From the NCBI GenBank assembly GCA_000182565.2, contig KQ257459.1: a stretch of 64,000 bases of DNA; one strand, 5' to 3'. Shown here piece after piece: positions 1 to 14,294 of the stretch; the stretch's first letter is position 1; the number at the start of each line of letters is the position of its first letter. Both the position numbers and the translations under genes were made by a program. Origin of the DNA: Spizellomyces punctatus DAOM BR117 (lineage: Eukaryota). Below the pieces are notes generated by a model. The model did no database searches and was not told where the DNA came from. It saw nothing but the letters and a program-made list of their open reading frames with translations.

Positions 1-961
1 AAACAATACTGGGATGCCAATGTGTCTATTTTTATCGCTTTGAACTGATCCTCGTCGGTTCAAGGATGAGGGCAGCTAAGTATGCGCGGGAGCAAACATG
101 TGGCTTTGGTTCAGTCGGTCATGACAGAGGACGATCCCAATTGCTGACCTCTGGGAAGACATGACCAGCGGAGTTGATTACGTAACGCCTGAGCCAGGGT
201 TGGGAGTAAGGGGTTGGGTTAAAACTCCGAGCGATCAAACCTACGGCTGTGCTGCATGTGCCATGATCTGACTGTGTTTAAATAAGCACGAATGTGTGAG
301 CTAATAACTGCCCACCTATGTGTTCGTTTGTTCCGTAACCATAGAGTTAGGTATGAAGACGCATGGACAAATGCTCTTCGTTTTGCGTGTGTCAAGAACC
401 CAGTGTTCTAACGCTATCAACCATGGCAGCATTGAGAACGCTATTTCTTTGAAAAAGTTTCCCAAATGGACGTTGCCCTCTTAAGATCTGATAGATCATG
501 AACACTAACGAGGAACAGAAAGCAAACAGACATGTGGACTTACGAGATACTCGTCAACGAACCTATTGGCTCGAATATGAACAAGGATGAGATTAGTACC
601 TTATAAGACGACGAAACAAAAGCAGAACATGCTCTTCAATTGGGATGAACGTTCAAAGTTTAAAACTCTACGTTACGACCCAGTGTCATCTCAAACCCCC
701 AACCATTCTTTGTTCCAACAGCAGGTTAAACTAATCAGAATTTCTTCCTTTATTGGATACACCCACATCCCAATTCAAAAGCACATATAAAAAAAAATCC
801 AAACTTGATCTACGTAGATCCGTTATTTCATTCAAACAATTCCAAACCTATCACCAAGCTCATCCCCATTCATACAATTGTACACCGACCCACAAAGATT
901 TGAAAAAAAAAAAAAAAAGAATAAACATAGGCTTGCTTGGACTTAGCCATCACACGACTGA

Positions 962-3900
962 TCACGCTAGTTCCACTCTCTCCAACAATTCTGTAACCTC
1001 TCCGGCCTCTTCTTCTTCTTCCTCCATGAGGGGAAGGTAACCCCTCTTTGGTGATCCATGCAAGAGTTCCCGAACACCGTCAACAAACGCTCCGCTTGTT
1101 CTTGGCTCCGCGATACTGGCTTCCAAATCAACATCGTTCGATACAATATCCGTTGATGAGAATATTTTAGGCGGTTTGTAGAACTTTAGGAGGAGAGATG
1201 AAACTACGACAGACACGGAAGAGAGGGACATGGCCATGCCCGCAATCATTGCTGGTAGAGTGATTCCCCAAGGGGAAAAGATACCCATTGCAAGGGGAAT
1301 CATGAGTATGTTACTACGAAGAGTCATAACGCGTTAGAATCTGAGATGAATGATATGAGAGATGTGAGCAAAAGACTTACTAAATAGTAGCCCACAAAAA
1401 GTTCATTCGAATCCTTCTAAATATCACTCTGCTCAAATCAATGGCCGTAACAACGTCTCCCAACTCGTCTCTCATCAACACGACACTTGCGGCTTCCACA
1501 GCAACGTCCGTGCCTCCATAGACAGCAATCCCCATATCCGCTTGAGCCAGACTTGCCGAATCGTTCACACCATCGCCTACCATCGCAACCACATGGCCAT
1601 CAGCTTGAAATTGCGAGACCAGAGACTTTTTACCCGACGGTGTTACGCCGGCATGGATGGAGGAGGTGGGTATGCCGCACTGGCGAGCGATGGAGAGTGC
1701 GGTGAGATATTGGTCGCCTGTTACCATACAAACTTGGATGCCCATTTTCTTCAAGGCTGCAATCGTAGGTGGGGCGGCCGGTTTAAGTGTGTCTGCCAGT
1801 GCAATCAGGCCGACTGGCATTTGGTTGAATGCAACAAAAATTACGGTATGCCCATGGGATTCATGAGTCCGCTGCGAGTCGAGAATACCTGGCGGTATTG
1901 CACTGCATTTGTTGGACGTGAGGAAGGATTGGTTTCCGATCAAGACGTGGACAGGTTTGCCGCTGGGTGGTGTGACGGTGCATTGGACGCCTGATCCCAT
2001 GACCGCCTCAAAAGTTTCGACCACATGGGGGAATGTACTGACATCCAGCACCTCTTTACCATGCTTCGCGATAGCCTTTCCCAAAGGGTGCTCACTGTTG
2101 GCCTCTGCGGCACCAACGATACCAAAAAAGACCGCCTCATTGTGCCACTTGAGATCGTCCGCAAACAACTGGTAAGTCACGACCTCCAACTTGCCCATCG
2201 TCAACGTCCCGGTCTTGTCAAAGACAAACTTTGTCACTCGATGTGCCGTTTCCAAAGGCCCACCTCCTTTTATCAAAATTCCCAGCTGAGCACCCACACC
2301 GGTCCCCACCATAACGGCCGTGGGTGTGGCAAGCCCTAATGCACAAGGGCACGCCACAACAATAACTGATATGCACATACTGAGACAGACAAACACCACG
2401 CTGCTGTCGTCAGGGAACGATGGCGGTATCCATTTCGTCGCATTCAGAATGATGATCCACACAAAAAAGGTAGCCAAGCCGAGGACGATGACAGCAGGAA
2501 CAAAGTATCCTGCCACAGTATCCGCAATGTTCTGGATTGGCGCTTTGGAGGTCTGGGCGTCATTGACAAGTTTGACGATTTGAGCCAACGTCGCATCAGC
2601 CCCAACCCGTACTGCCCGCATGTGAATGGCACCCGATCCATTCACCGTGCCCCCAATGACCGCATCCCCAACCTTTTTGCTAACAGGTAAAGGCTCACCC
2701 GTTACAAGGGCTTCGTCAATGCTGGTCGAACCGTACTCGACGACACCGTCGGCTGGGACGCGTTCACCGGGAATCACTTTTAGCAAATCGCCTGCTTGAA
2801 CGTACTCGGTTGGAATCTCCTTTTCAGTTATTTGCCCAGTACTCTGATCCGTGGACAAAAGCAGAGCCTTTGTGGGTGCCAAGGAAATGAGTTTTGATAA
2901 CGCCGACGACGTCTTGCCCTTGGCCAAATTCTCGAGAAACCGGCCGAGAGTGATAAACGTGATGAGCGTCGTGCAAGTTTCAAAAAACACCTGAGGTTTC
3001 GGGTGTCCTCCTAAACATATCGAGTACATGATGGACGCAACGGAAAATGCAAATGCTACAGAGGTACCGAGTGTGATCAATACGTCCATGGTGTAACTTC
3101 CATGCGAGAGGGCCTTGAATGTAGCACTGTAGAATCGCTGACCAATACCAAATTGAACCGGAATTGTCAGGATCAGCATCGTCAAATCGCCCAACGACAA
3201 TCCTCGCACGATCTCCCAGTCAATCACGCGCGCGAAAAACGTCATGGGCAGGATCATTGAAAGTAGCGTGACAGGAATGGCAAATCTGAGTGACTTCCAA
3301 AAGGCTGATCTCCATTCCTGAATTTCTCTTGTTCGCTCTAGGGACTCCACCTGGGCATTGGATCCCATGTCGGAAAGAAAAGCCGTGAACCCAAGAGATT
3401 CAATCTTTTCAACTATATCCCGCACACCAATGATGGATGAGTCAAACTGAAACCGTCCGCTTTGACCCAAAAGATTCACTGCAGCAGTCTGCACCCCATC
3501 CATCTTGCTCAGCTCTCGTTCAATCTTTCCTGAGCAGCTTCCACAAGTCATACCGAAAATCTTTAGATCAATCGTTCCATAGGTAGCACTGGGTAACACT
3601 TTAGCTCGAAACCCAATGTCATCGATAAGTTTCGCCACCTGCTCTTCAGTCATGAGCAATTCTTTGAACTGGACTTCAGCTCGTTCAGCCAACAAAGCGA
3701 CTTTACAAGAAACGACTCCAGGATTTGATCGCAAGTGCTTTTCAATCGATGCCACGCAACTTGCGCATGTCATTCCTTGAACTTCGATTTGCACAGTTCG
3801 TATGGGTCCGGCAGTTGTGGCGGTGTAGAGAGGGGATGATACGCTGAGCGAGAGGGATGTGCGGGGATCGGGACTTGAGGGTCGGAGAGTGGATTTGAGG

Positions 3901-4697
3901 ACGGTAGTTAGGGTAAGCGGCTTCGGACGGGTTTTTATGGGAGATGTTGAAGACAGTGAAGCATCAAAACCGCATTCTTCTATGGCGTCTATCAATGCCA
4001 GCACATTTGTCTGGGTTGTATCGATTTCAACGCTTGCGTTTTCCGTTTCTAGATCTACCTTGACCGCCTTTACTCCCACCATAGGAGAAAGTTTCGCGGT
4101 AATCGTCTTGACACAGGATTGGCAGACCATGCCCTTTATAGATATGTCGTAGTGTCCGGACGCAGTTGGCTGCTCGTTTAGCCCATGTTGTTGAAGAGCG
4201 GCATCGAATCCACATCCTTCTATGGCGGCAACTAAATCCTCTGGCGACAGCAATCCACCGTCGTATGTAACTGTCGCTGACTCGCTAGCGAGGTCAACCA
4301 CAGCACTTTCCACGCCCGGGAGTGCCTTCAAGACACCAGTGACCGTCTTTACGCATGACTAAAGAGAGAGGGTAATGAGGCTATATGTTGCTATATGGAA
4401 TTCTATCAACTACATCGTGCTTACCTGGCAGGTCATTCCTTGTACACTCACCACTACCTCTTTCGTCCCGCCAACAGGAATGGCCTCAAACCCACATTCC
4501 TCAATAGCATTCACAAGGTCCTTCTCATCCAGTAGGTCCGCATCATACACCACTGTTGCCAGCTCTTCCTCTAATGAGACCGCTACTGAGGAAACACCAG
4601 GTAGCGGTCGCAGTTGCGATTCTATTGTGCGGACACATGAACCGCAGGTCATGCCCTTGACGGTGATGGTTGCAGTGTGTTGTCGTGGAATGGTCAT
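962..4697 (-). CDS. CCC2: Copper-transporting P1B-type ATPase (Ccc2/ATP7-like), 3 exons
   Basis: ORFs 4410-4697, 1380-4331 and 962-1327 join across two short introns (~4360-4426, ~1317-1380). Five N-terminal GMxCxxC metal-binding domains (one split by intron 1), plus TGE, CPC, DKTGT, SEHPL and GDGVND motifs. Confidence 0.95.
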
Positions 4698-5593
4698 TGC
4701 TGATGAATATAAAGTAACAGAATGTCCTACAAATATATGTTAGTTGTGTATGGAGTAGCAGAGGCCAATGCCATCTGTGCCGGGTTTGCCCTCTGCGAAA
4801 ATGAAAGAAGCGATGGGCGAGAAACCCCAGACCCAGAGTGAGTCATACCTGATCAATAGCCCTGGATCACTGCCACGGGGGGCTGTTTTTAGAGCACAGC
4901 TTCTTTTTTATGGTCAAAAACCTTTTTTTACAAACGGGAACGAACGAGGACGACAGAAAGTGAAAAGTAAAAGGATGAGCTAGCTTCGTGAAAAGGGCAT
5001 TTTGGTTATCGCCCGTTACATGACTCGCATCGAGTGCTGTGATCGTTTGTAATTTTCCAACAGGTTTCAAATGGGGGATTGGCTTTTGTTGCTATTTTAG
5101 TAACGCCATCAAGAAACGGTTTGAGAATTCAGTTCATTAGAGCTCATTTGAACTTTGACAAGAATGCAATCAACGACAAGCCGATAGACAATCTTTCTTC
5201 CTGTATTGGTATTGGAATACTTTTGTCCAGGGGGCCGATGAACAAAAACCCTGGTCATGCTCAACAAAACTGCTGACAATTTCAAATCCCTTCCCAATAT
5301 ACCCATCCCATAAGCCAAACATATGCCCAAAACAACTTTCTTTTGATTCCACAGGGGAGACAGGAGAGACAACAAGTTGAAGGAAATGAAAATGCTCATT
5401 AAGCAATGAAAAAAGATTGTGGTTTACGTGACTAGAACTGTCTTCCTTCTTTGTTAAAGGAGTCACACGTGTATTCTGCAAAAGAAGAACAAGGCCGTGT
5501 GCGCTATAAAAGAAAACAAAGTCGTCGTTTGCCCATCGCTAGCTGGTTTATTCCCCCCCGTCGTCGTTCGTCAACACACACACACATCTAATA

Positions 5594-7791
5594 ATGGGTG
5601 AGTTAACAAAGTGTGACATTGCGCAGCACGCTGTTTGATGAGTCATGTGTAAGGCACAGCCATCGTCTGAGTTTATGTGATAACCGATTGGGTCTGGCTG
5701 CCAGGAAAGGCACGAAACCGACGCCGACTGCCACAGCAACAGCCGCTGCAAGACATTGGACAAGTTGACAAGGAAGAATTGTGCAAGGAACCTTTGGAGA
5801 GTGTCAACAAAGAGGCGGGAGAGAGTGTTTGTGTTGACGTTGCTTCTGAAACTGCATTGACGGCAGAGGGAGCTGTCGTTCTGGAAACCGTTGCTTTAAA
5901 GCCACCACCGTCACCATCACCACCCAACGAAAAGGAGGAAGCTCTAGAGCAAGCTACAAAGCAACCGCCAAAGCAGCCTTCGCCAGACCTCACTTCATTC
6001 ACACCTGCCATTGCCAACCCCGTCGCAGCAGAACCTTCAAACGTTCTGCGCCCTCCGAAACCCACTTCCCACCCACCCCGACTCCCAACTCCTCGTATGA
6101 CGCCCACAGCAACTCCCCTCCCAACTGCGCCTCGTCTGGAATGTACTGTTGTGCCTGGTCGCTCGGTTGGCCCATTTATATTGGGAGCACCTATTGGGGA
6201 GGTCGTCGAGCGGTTGAGAGGAATGGAGGGGGTTGTGCCTCGGGTTGAGTGCAAGTATGGGGATTTGGTAAGTGCATGTATTTGAATGATGTGGATGATT
6301 GTGACGCTTTGGTGTGACGCTTTTATTAAACGGTTTTCACATTTTTGGATGTGTAGAATCCGTTGGACATTGATATTGTGCTGAACCTTCCTGCAAACGG
6401 TGTTTGCATGCGATTTGATCCAAAATCGCAGGTAAGGGTTCAAGGCCATGTTTCTTTATTGTTATTCTTTATTGACGGTACATTCTTAGTGTCTGAAATC
6501 CATTGAATTGTATGATTTTTCGAAACTTTCCTTATTTTACAATGGGGTCGAATTCAAGTAGGTTGCTACATTGATTGTCATGGCTTTGTCCACTTGTTGA
6601 TAACGTTGTGCGCGTATATTACAGCTCCTACAAGGTCCTACCCACATTTGTACACATTTATCGATTATTTGGGCCGATATATCCTGTACGTGGAATGCTG
6701 TTGCACAGGCATCTTTGACAGTGGTTGCTAACAAGGGAAGCTGCCTAGGGCGAATTCTGCGAGGAAAAGAAGCACTATGTGTTGAGTTATCCGGTATGCG
6801 CTGGTGATGGGTTTTAGCTATCTAGCACCGGTCTCACTAGTTATGCAGGGGATATCATTTATGTTCCCCATTCCGGACAAGTACATTCCCCTGCAAAACA
6901 TTACAGGTAAAACATCGTGCGACTGGCCCATTATAGAAGCTCTTATTGAACTGTTGTATACTACTAGACCTACCTCTTTCGTTCCCTGACGGTACAACTC
7001 CCGTCCTAAATCGCATTTACGTCTACGCTGGCGCGGAAAAATGGGAGGACGCGGTTCCACCTACTCTATCCCAACTTGAACCCATCACCGCTGAATTGAA
7101 CCATGGCATTCACATTCCCCAACGCGACTGTACACTCAAGTTTGGCGCGCCCGCACAAGATGTTTTGGATGCGCTTGGGAAACCAGAAAAGATACTAGAG
7201 AAGGGTGAAGATAAGATGAAGATTTTTGGAGTGGATGTTGCTGAAGAATGTGATGGAGGAGGATATTTCTGGAATTGTAAGTGTATTGCATTGTTTTTTC
7301 GGGCCTGTTCAAGTGAACTGAAAGTATCTATTTTGTCAAGATTTTTCGCTAGGCATTGATATCCTCTTTTCCGGTACTACGCACACCATCACGAAATTCA
7401 TCCTTCATACAAACTTTTTGGGATGCTGGGAGTTTGGAGAGTATACGAAATGTCGGTTCCAGGTTGTGGGTTTTGAGAATGGTGCTGTGATTGGGTGTGA
7501 CGATCTGGTACGCGTGCTTGATGCATTTTACTCGACTATTGTGTGCTCACTGGTAAACGGTAGTGGAATGACGTTCAAAGCACGTTACCAACACCATCAC
7601 CCCGCCCTGTTGTCTTCAATAGAGGGAATCATCATAATCCTTTTGGTTCTACATGGTTTTACGGATTCGATGGGGTTGTTTTTGAGGTGCGGCGTCTTAT
7701 TCTACTACTTTCTAGCTGACGCTTCACTCACGTTTGAATCGAGTAGGTTATGAAAAATGGGTATCTGGCTTCTGTAACATTGTATGCCTGA
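5594..7791 (+). CDS. PHAF1 / UPF0183 (C16orf70-like) protein, multi-exon, Pro-rich N-terminal extension
   Basis: ATG 5594 plus intron 5598-5704 reads in frame into ORF 5677. Segments VVPGRSVGPFILGAPI, LSFPDGTTPV and LKFGAPAQDVLDALGKP, and the terminal [31 protein letters not shown], match the family as I know it. Many short GT-AG introns. Confidence 0.85.
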
Positions 7792-8454
7792 GACCGAGGG
7801 TGAGTCTGTAGCATATGCCCCCAAGTTTAGTTGAGACGAGTTTGTAGATAATTCTTGTAATAATATCGATTGTGCATGCAAGTAATAGTGTTTCACCCTG
7901 GCCCTCATAGTCCATATATCGACGCAGTATTCCCTTGAACTGTAAGGCTTATGTGAGATTGAATCAATACAAACACCCTTCCTTTGCTCAGGAAAATGCT
8001 TGCCGGTGGTGAGTCTGGTGAAGGGCTCGGTGGCGTAGGATCTGCTGGCCGGCCGAGAGTAGTGTGTTGAGGTATACGTGAGCAGGGGTAGCGCTCATGG
8101 TCAGCTCCTTACTTCTGGCAATCGTCGACTGTGGTTTGCGCATGTTGTTGTGTCTAGAGGTACTTACTCATGGGGAAGTCGAGGAATTTGTCCTTTCGCG
8201 GGGAAAACGCAGCCCTCGGGCCGCGGACGCTGTCCTGCAGTACATGAGATTGGTGTGCGATGAACGCACAAGCTGGGGATGCTCAGGAGGTTGTTTGACG
8301 GTGGGCTATCGTGTAGCAATCTAATGACTTACCAACATCACTCAACAGTGTAAAGCAACTACGACGTAGACCTGACATTCAAAAACAAATCTCTTGTATA
8401 CCAAAAACCTTTCCAAGGCGAAAATTACATCACTACCGTGCGCACAAACGTTTA

Positions 8455-9406
8455 CTACCACAACCGTCTAGCAGGAACGCGAATACTAAAACTCTTGGGT
8501 CGTCCAGTACGATCGTAAAACAGTCTATAGAACAACAGAGAAATAAGGAATCCCATTGCGCCGCCAAATGCCACGTCGGATGGGTGGTGGACATATTGTT
8601 GTGTTCTATGCCAATTGACGTATTAGCTTCAATGAGCTTGTCGTGCTGCGCTTTCCAAAACAAGGAACCTACCGTGATATCCCAACATAGAAAGCGGGTA
8701 AAAGAGGAACTAATATCAAAACACCTTTCCAACCTTTTCCAAACTCCTCCTCAACTGCTGATTCCATTCCATCGGATTCGTCCTCCTCGACGCTCACCTC
8801 GCGTTCCCGCCAATTCCGAAGCACACCAAACCAGCCTGCCATCCAAATGCTCAGAAAGCCCATTCCCGCAAACATGGAGCTGGTATGCCCAGATGGAAAG
8901 GACCGACGTCCTTCACGGATGGTCTCTGTATCCCCTGTGCACGCATTTAGCGTCGCATTCCACAAACACCGTCCAAGGAAATCAGGACGCAGCCTTCCAG
9001 CCCAATTCTTTAAGAAATCCGTAAAGAGCTTCGTCGTAGCCAAGGAAAATAATAATCCCAACATAAACCAATGTAAATCCTTTGCAAAGCTTGCTACATT
9101 CCCTCGGTTCGGTCGCACGGGACTCGTAACATTGCTCAATGGAATCCATCCCATCCTATCCAGCCCGACTCTCACAGCCCAAAAGAGCGCCATGACTACT
9201 GGCGGAACGATGAGAACTACAGAAATGACAACGCCATTCGGTACCCAGTCATTGTAATGTGGATGTGAAATGTCCAAGTCGTCTGGCCGGAAGGGTCGCT
9301 CGAAGGGATGGATATAGGAGACACCTACGCCAATGAAGAAGGTGATGAGGAGGGCTACATAGTCTGGGAGGGTATGTCGGATAGTTGGCGATATCTTTGG
9401 AAGCAT
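8455..9406 (-). CDS. PAP2-family lipid phosphate phosphatase (Dpp1/Lpp1-like)
   Basis: Motifs KNWAGRLRPDF and SFPSGH; after an intron at ~8609-8671, SR-TQQYVHHPSDV. Multiple hydrophobic segments; stop at 8455. Confidence 0.9.
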
Positions 9407-10159
9407 TCTGTGTGCTTCTCAGGCGGGGCGGCAAGTGGTCGTCGTCGATGTAGATGAAGATAACAAACGAGGACCCCGACCCCGACAACAACGACTACAG
9501 TACCTTCGTCAATGGCACAGTCATGTGAATATTTCAAGGCTTCGATAACCTTAAATGGGGGCACAGTCATTGAGCACCTCAATAAAGCCATATAGAGCAT
9601 TATGGCTCCTCAGCCACTTCATTAATCTCAGCCTTAACTTTAGCGATTAAAAGCTGATCTGAACTGTGGCCTTGCGATTTGCAACGTACGGCGATTTGTT
9701 GAAGCTCCAAAAGGAAACTATTGGGCAGGATGTGATGAGTCCTGGGCAGAAGTGAAAAACATAGAACTGCTCTACTATGACATTTCAGTTACTTTCTGAA
9801 TGAGCGTCCCTCAACATGTGTGCTCATTTGCTACAATGGTAAGAGAGATGAGCGAATGCGATGAGGAATGCGTTCCAAAGCGACCCAAAAACTCCCAAAA
9901 ACCGCTAAACGCATCTCCAAGTCCAAGTAGATCATTCAAAAGCTGGAATCCAGAGAGTTGAAAGAAATGGTTGAAAAGGTGTTTGTTCCATTGCCAGCAG
10001 AAAGTTCAAGTGGTAAATGATTCCATAAGAGGCACAGCTTTGGAAGCATAATCACGTGGGTGTAGGAACTTTCAACTTGCTCTCCATCGTCCTTTTGTTT
10101 TTTTCCCACCCCACAACCACTGCCCTTTCAACAGCTGAAAACTTCGAGATATCATCACA

Positions 10160-10485
10160 ATGGGTTCCGTATGGGTTGTATCCGCCGTATTCAGGACTAC
10201 AAGGAAGACTTTGGCGGAAAGCCTGAGATCTGGTTGTACACGACTGAACAAGCAGCTCGAACTGCAATGGAACGCATCGCACGCCGCCTGTACAAGGAGT
10301 CTGATATTATTCAAGGCGCTGGCGACAAGTATTTCGACTCTGGCAGGAATATCATTGTCTTTGGGGAAAGTCCTCGCATGGGCCGCTCGTACCGGAACGA
10401 ATGGGGTGTGCTTTACATGCAGAAAGTTGAAGTCGAGAAAGAATGTCATGAAGCGCCGGTGGAGAGCAGCGAAGATGAAGAATAA
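10160..10485 (+). CDS. Small hypothetical protein, start uncertain
   Basis: ORF 10171-10485 reads as a globular protein (DYKEDFGGKPEIWLYTTEQAARTAMERIARRL) with an acidic tail. The 5' structure is unresolved: upstream exon or frameshift near 10190. Confidence 0.35.
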
Positions 10486-11009
10486 ACTGAAAATCACCAT
10501 AAAAGATGATGATGAGGGTAATGACGACGACGACGACGATGAAAGTGAAGAAGACAAAAGTAGCATCGATGTATGTATCATTCATTGTAGTAAATAATAA
10601 GGACTATGGTAATTCCAAATTGCCATTGATGTTAATGCTGTCGAACATAACTTGTTGTGGCATGACTGTGCCATTCTATATCGTGACTGTGCACCATTTC
10701 TCCTTTTGTGTCATCTGTTGCTGGCGGACAAGCGCATGGGGGCTGTCGGAGCAAAAGGTTCTTTTCCCAGTGTGCAAGATTTCGGGAAAGACCATCATCA
10801 TTAGTGTTATTTTCTTGTCCAGAAACGCCATTGACAAGCTCCCCATTTGTGCTCTTGACACTCCTCAAGACTTTATTCATTCAACGGCTGCCTACTTGTC
10901 TCGGGGCTTTGCGACATTATCAAAACGCTCTTCAGTTTAAAAGTGCACACTCTGGGCCTTGACAAAGTCTTATTGCGAGTTCCTATGCATTCGGGAGCTT
11001 GTCTAGGTG

Positions 11010-14000
11010 ATGACCCCTCTTGACGTCGATGATTTCGGCTGGCTCTCCGAAGATGTGCGCGAACTGGGACGGAGGTTGGTACCGTAAACCCCGCGAAACA
11101 GATCTCTTGCGTTGGTACCTGAAGTTACTTCTGAACTTGATCATTGATATTCTTTCTCTTGCTCGCTTTCTTTTTTCACTAGCCCATCACCACTCGATCT
11201 GGCTGAACTGGACGCCAATGAGGACGAGCTCTTGCTGGAACGAGAAGCATCCTCATCGCCGACACCTTCGTGTCTACTGGCAGACGTACCTTCTTTGCTC
11301 AACGAAACGCCTCCCAAAAGGTTTATGCTACGGAGACAGCATTCACGAGGGGCTCTCGTAGGTTAGTTTTGGGAGCGTTCTGGAAGGAGTTTTGGCCGAT
11401 GGATTTAGTTCTTCTGTCGGAATGGTGCGGGACCCGTCACTTCCCATGTGGTGTATTGCTCACCGCTTTTGCTTTCTTGTTTTTCTTTTACCTCAGGAAT
11501 AGGGTCACCTAAGCCTAACCCCTTTGTGGCATCGGAAAATGATTCGCCAATATCTGTCTCCCCAGCAGCAGAACCAAAAGAGCAATGCTCTATGAACACA
11601 ACCCACGAATCCCATAAGCCTCTCCAATATCACCTGGTTCTTCCCCCCCAAGTTATACAAACGATCGCCTCGTATCTAAGCATACACAAAAGCCGCTTGG
11701 CATGCCTCTTGGTATCAAAAACATGGTCAAAAGCGGCCGCCAAAGCGATTTATCGATGTCCAAGTGTGAAAACTGCAAAGCAGTTTCATTCCCTATTGCA
11801 AACCCTCCTCAGTCCCGGGATTCACAACTATGCGGCCTACGTTGTTGACCTTGATATTCCACTCTCTATTTCAGATGAACTCTTGATGGGAGATTTGGAC
11901 GTGGCCCTTCAATTGTGTCGGAATCTCCGGGGCATCCGTCTTGAGAACGCCTTGAACGCCTCTAACGTTCTCATCCAGTCCCTATCCGATAACGTTAGAC
12001 ATTTACGACGTGTTTACCTGCGGGGATGCCCAATCACAGATGTCCTGGTGCCGGGCCTCACAAGAAGCTGTCCGCGCTTAGAACGCGTGGACTTCTCCTA
12101 TACACAGGCAACCGTTGTTATATTGCAAAACCTTATAGATGGATGCGAACGCATCCAAGCCATAGAGTTGGAGGCATGCGGACCGAGTTTGGGACCGGTT
12201 GTGGTGAACCCGCACAAAGCATTACGTCGACCCTTACGGTACCTTAACCTTCGAAATAGCGCGGTAGAAGATCATCATGTGCGATATGCGGCGATTCATT
12301 GTCCGGTGCTTGAATCGGTCGTTTTGGATGGATGTACGGCTGTGACAGACGATGCTGTTGTGAAGCTGGCGCAGAGTTGCGGGTCAACTCTGCGAAGATT
12401 GGATGTATCATTTGTCCCATCGGTGACTGACGTGGCATTGCACGCACTCGCCAGGTACGCAAAAGTAATGGAAGACCTGACGTTGGCCGGATGTGACCGA
12501 ATCACACCCGAGGGCGTGCAGGTCGTCGCAAAGTCGTGCGACAAGTTGCAAACACTAGCGTTACATGGATGTGCTGGCATCCTTGGGAGTTTTGTACAGC
12601 AGTTTGCGGTGACGGGGACAGAGTTGGAGTGCTCTCTTAAATCAGCGGGTATTAAGCAGTTGGCTGAGCACAAGCAGCAGCAGGACGTACTTTTGACGAG
12701 AGACGTTGGGATGCGGACGGATGAGGCTGGTGCGACATTGTCGGAGGGTCCATTGGTTGAACCACTGGCAAAGACGACAGCAGATACCGCTACCGCTGTG
12801 GTAACAGTGGATCAAACAACCCAAACTGATGTCAATCGTCCGGAGCTCCCGATTGACAGCAAAGCCGTTCTGGACGCTGAAAAGCAACTGCACGATAATA
12901 TTGACTCTACGAGCGCAACGGAAATTCTTTTAAAGTTTGCAGATGCTATCGCATCTGGAAAATGGGTCCCTCCTGGTGGAAATACTCCATCCAATGGCAC
13001 GGATCCTGCCAGCGCTGGTTGGCCTAATCCGTTCCCACCGGGCATGCCGCCATTTCCTTATTGGGGTCCATGGGCGTCCCAGATGCAAGCTCCACCACAA
13101 TACCATCCTGCTTGGGGATATCCTCCACCCGGATGGGCCTCCCCGCCTCTCGGATCGTTTCCTGATCCAAATCGGTCAACAGAGTCACCAACGCCCACAC
13201 CAGCTGATTGGCAGCTCCGTCGACAGTCTTCAACCGAGACGATTAATTCCGAGCTCTCCACGAAGCGCACCTCCATCCTGTCAAACGAGAGCACTGTATC
13301 CGGGGAGGGGCGGACCAAGGTGAAACCCACTATACTTCCTGTCCTGAGGGAGCAAGAGGCGGGTATGCCCACCCCTCCCGATTCACCACCCTCGAAAGGC
13401 AAAGAACGGGATAAGCGCCAGTCTACCGCCTCGACTGTGTCGAATGTGTCTTCCACCGGATCAACTGTATCCAGGTTGAGACCGCCTTCATCTTTGTCAA
13501 GGCTACCGGGACCGTCATCCACTTCGAGGTTGAAGATTCCGTCGGCGGTGACGAGGGGTGTGAAGGCTATACCCAAGCCTACCCCTGCCCCGAGTGCGCC
13601 GACGCTGATGCGGAGTAAGACAGCTGGGAGTTTGACGCCCACGACTAGACCTTCCGTTACCCGAACGAGTACTGGTTCAACGTTGAGCGCAGGGACGACA
13701 CGAACGAGTGCTGGTTCAACCTTGAGCGCAGGGACAACACCTTTACGACGCAAGACATCTTCAGTCCTTTCCCGATCTGCCACGACCTCCAAAGTATCCG
13801 CTTCCATCTCCTCACCCGCTCCGAGCACTCCTCCTGCAACGACAACATACAAACCCCGTCAGTTCCGTAAATTCAACAGCTCACCAGATGAAATTCCCAC
13901 CCTTTCTTCGCGTACCACCACACCAAAGCCCTCAACACCCACCCGCACTCCCACTCGCGCTTCAACTCAATCCGACCGTGAACGAACCAAAACTCTTTTG

Positions 14001-14294
14001 CGGACTCCCGCGCAGACCTCCCGCTTGCGGTGGTCCCATCATTTGCAGCCCAGTCAAGATGGGGAGGGATGGATTGCTGGCGGCACGGTGGTTGAGCCCA
14101 GTCCAGAGAATGGAGAGGAGAAGACGGAAACAGAGAAAATAACAAAGAGGGCGAGTGTGGGGAGTGGGTCGAGTACGCCGACCAAGACGGCGGGTATGGG
14201 AACGAGTGGGATTCGACCACCTTCAGGGCTTCGCATGCCTACCCCGGTTAAGAAACCACCCTTGCTTAAAAAGAAGAGCTTTTCAATGATTTGA
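11010..14294 (+). CDS. F-box/leucine-rich repeat (Cys-containing LRR) protein with a long S/T/P/R-rich tail
   Basis: ORF 11448-14294 has an F-box-like LPPQVIQTIASYL...CLLVSKTW and repeated LxxLxLxGCxxITD units. Probable upstream exons from ATG 11010; intron 11362-11496 keeps frame. Confidence 0.8.

Noticed and set aside
5673-6449. Long antisense ORFs (also 13058-13852 and 16947-17648)
   Set aside because: Shadow frames opposite well-supported genes.
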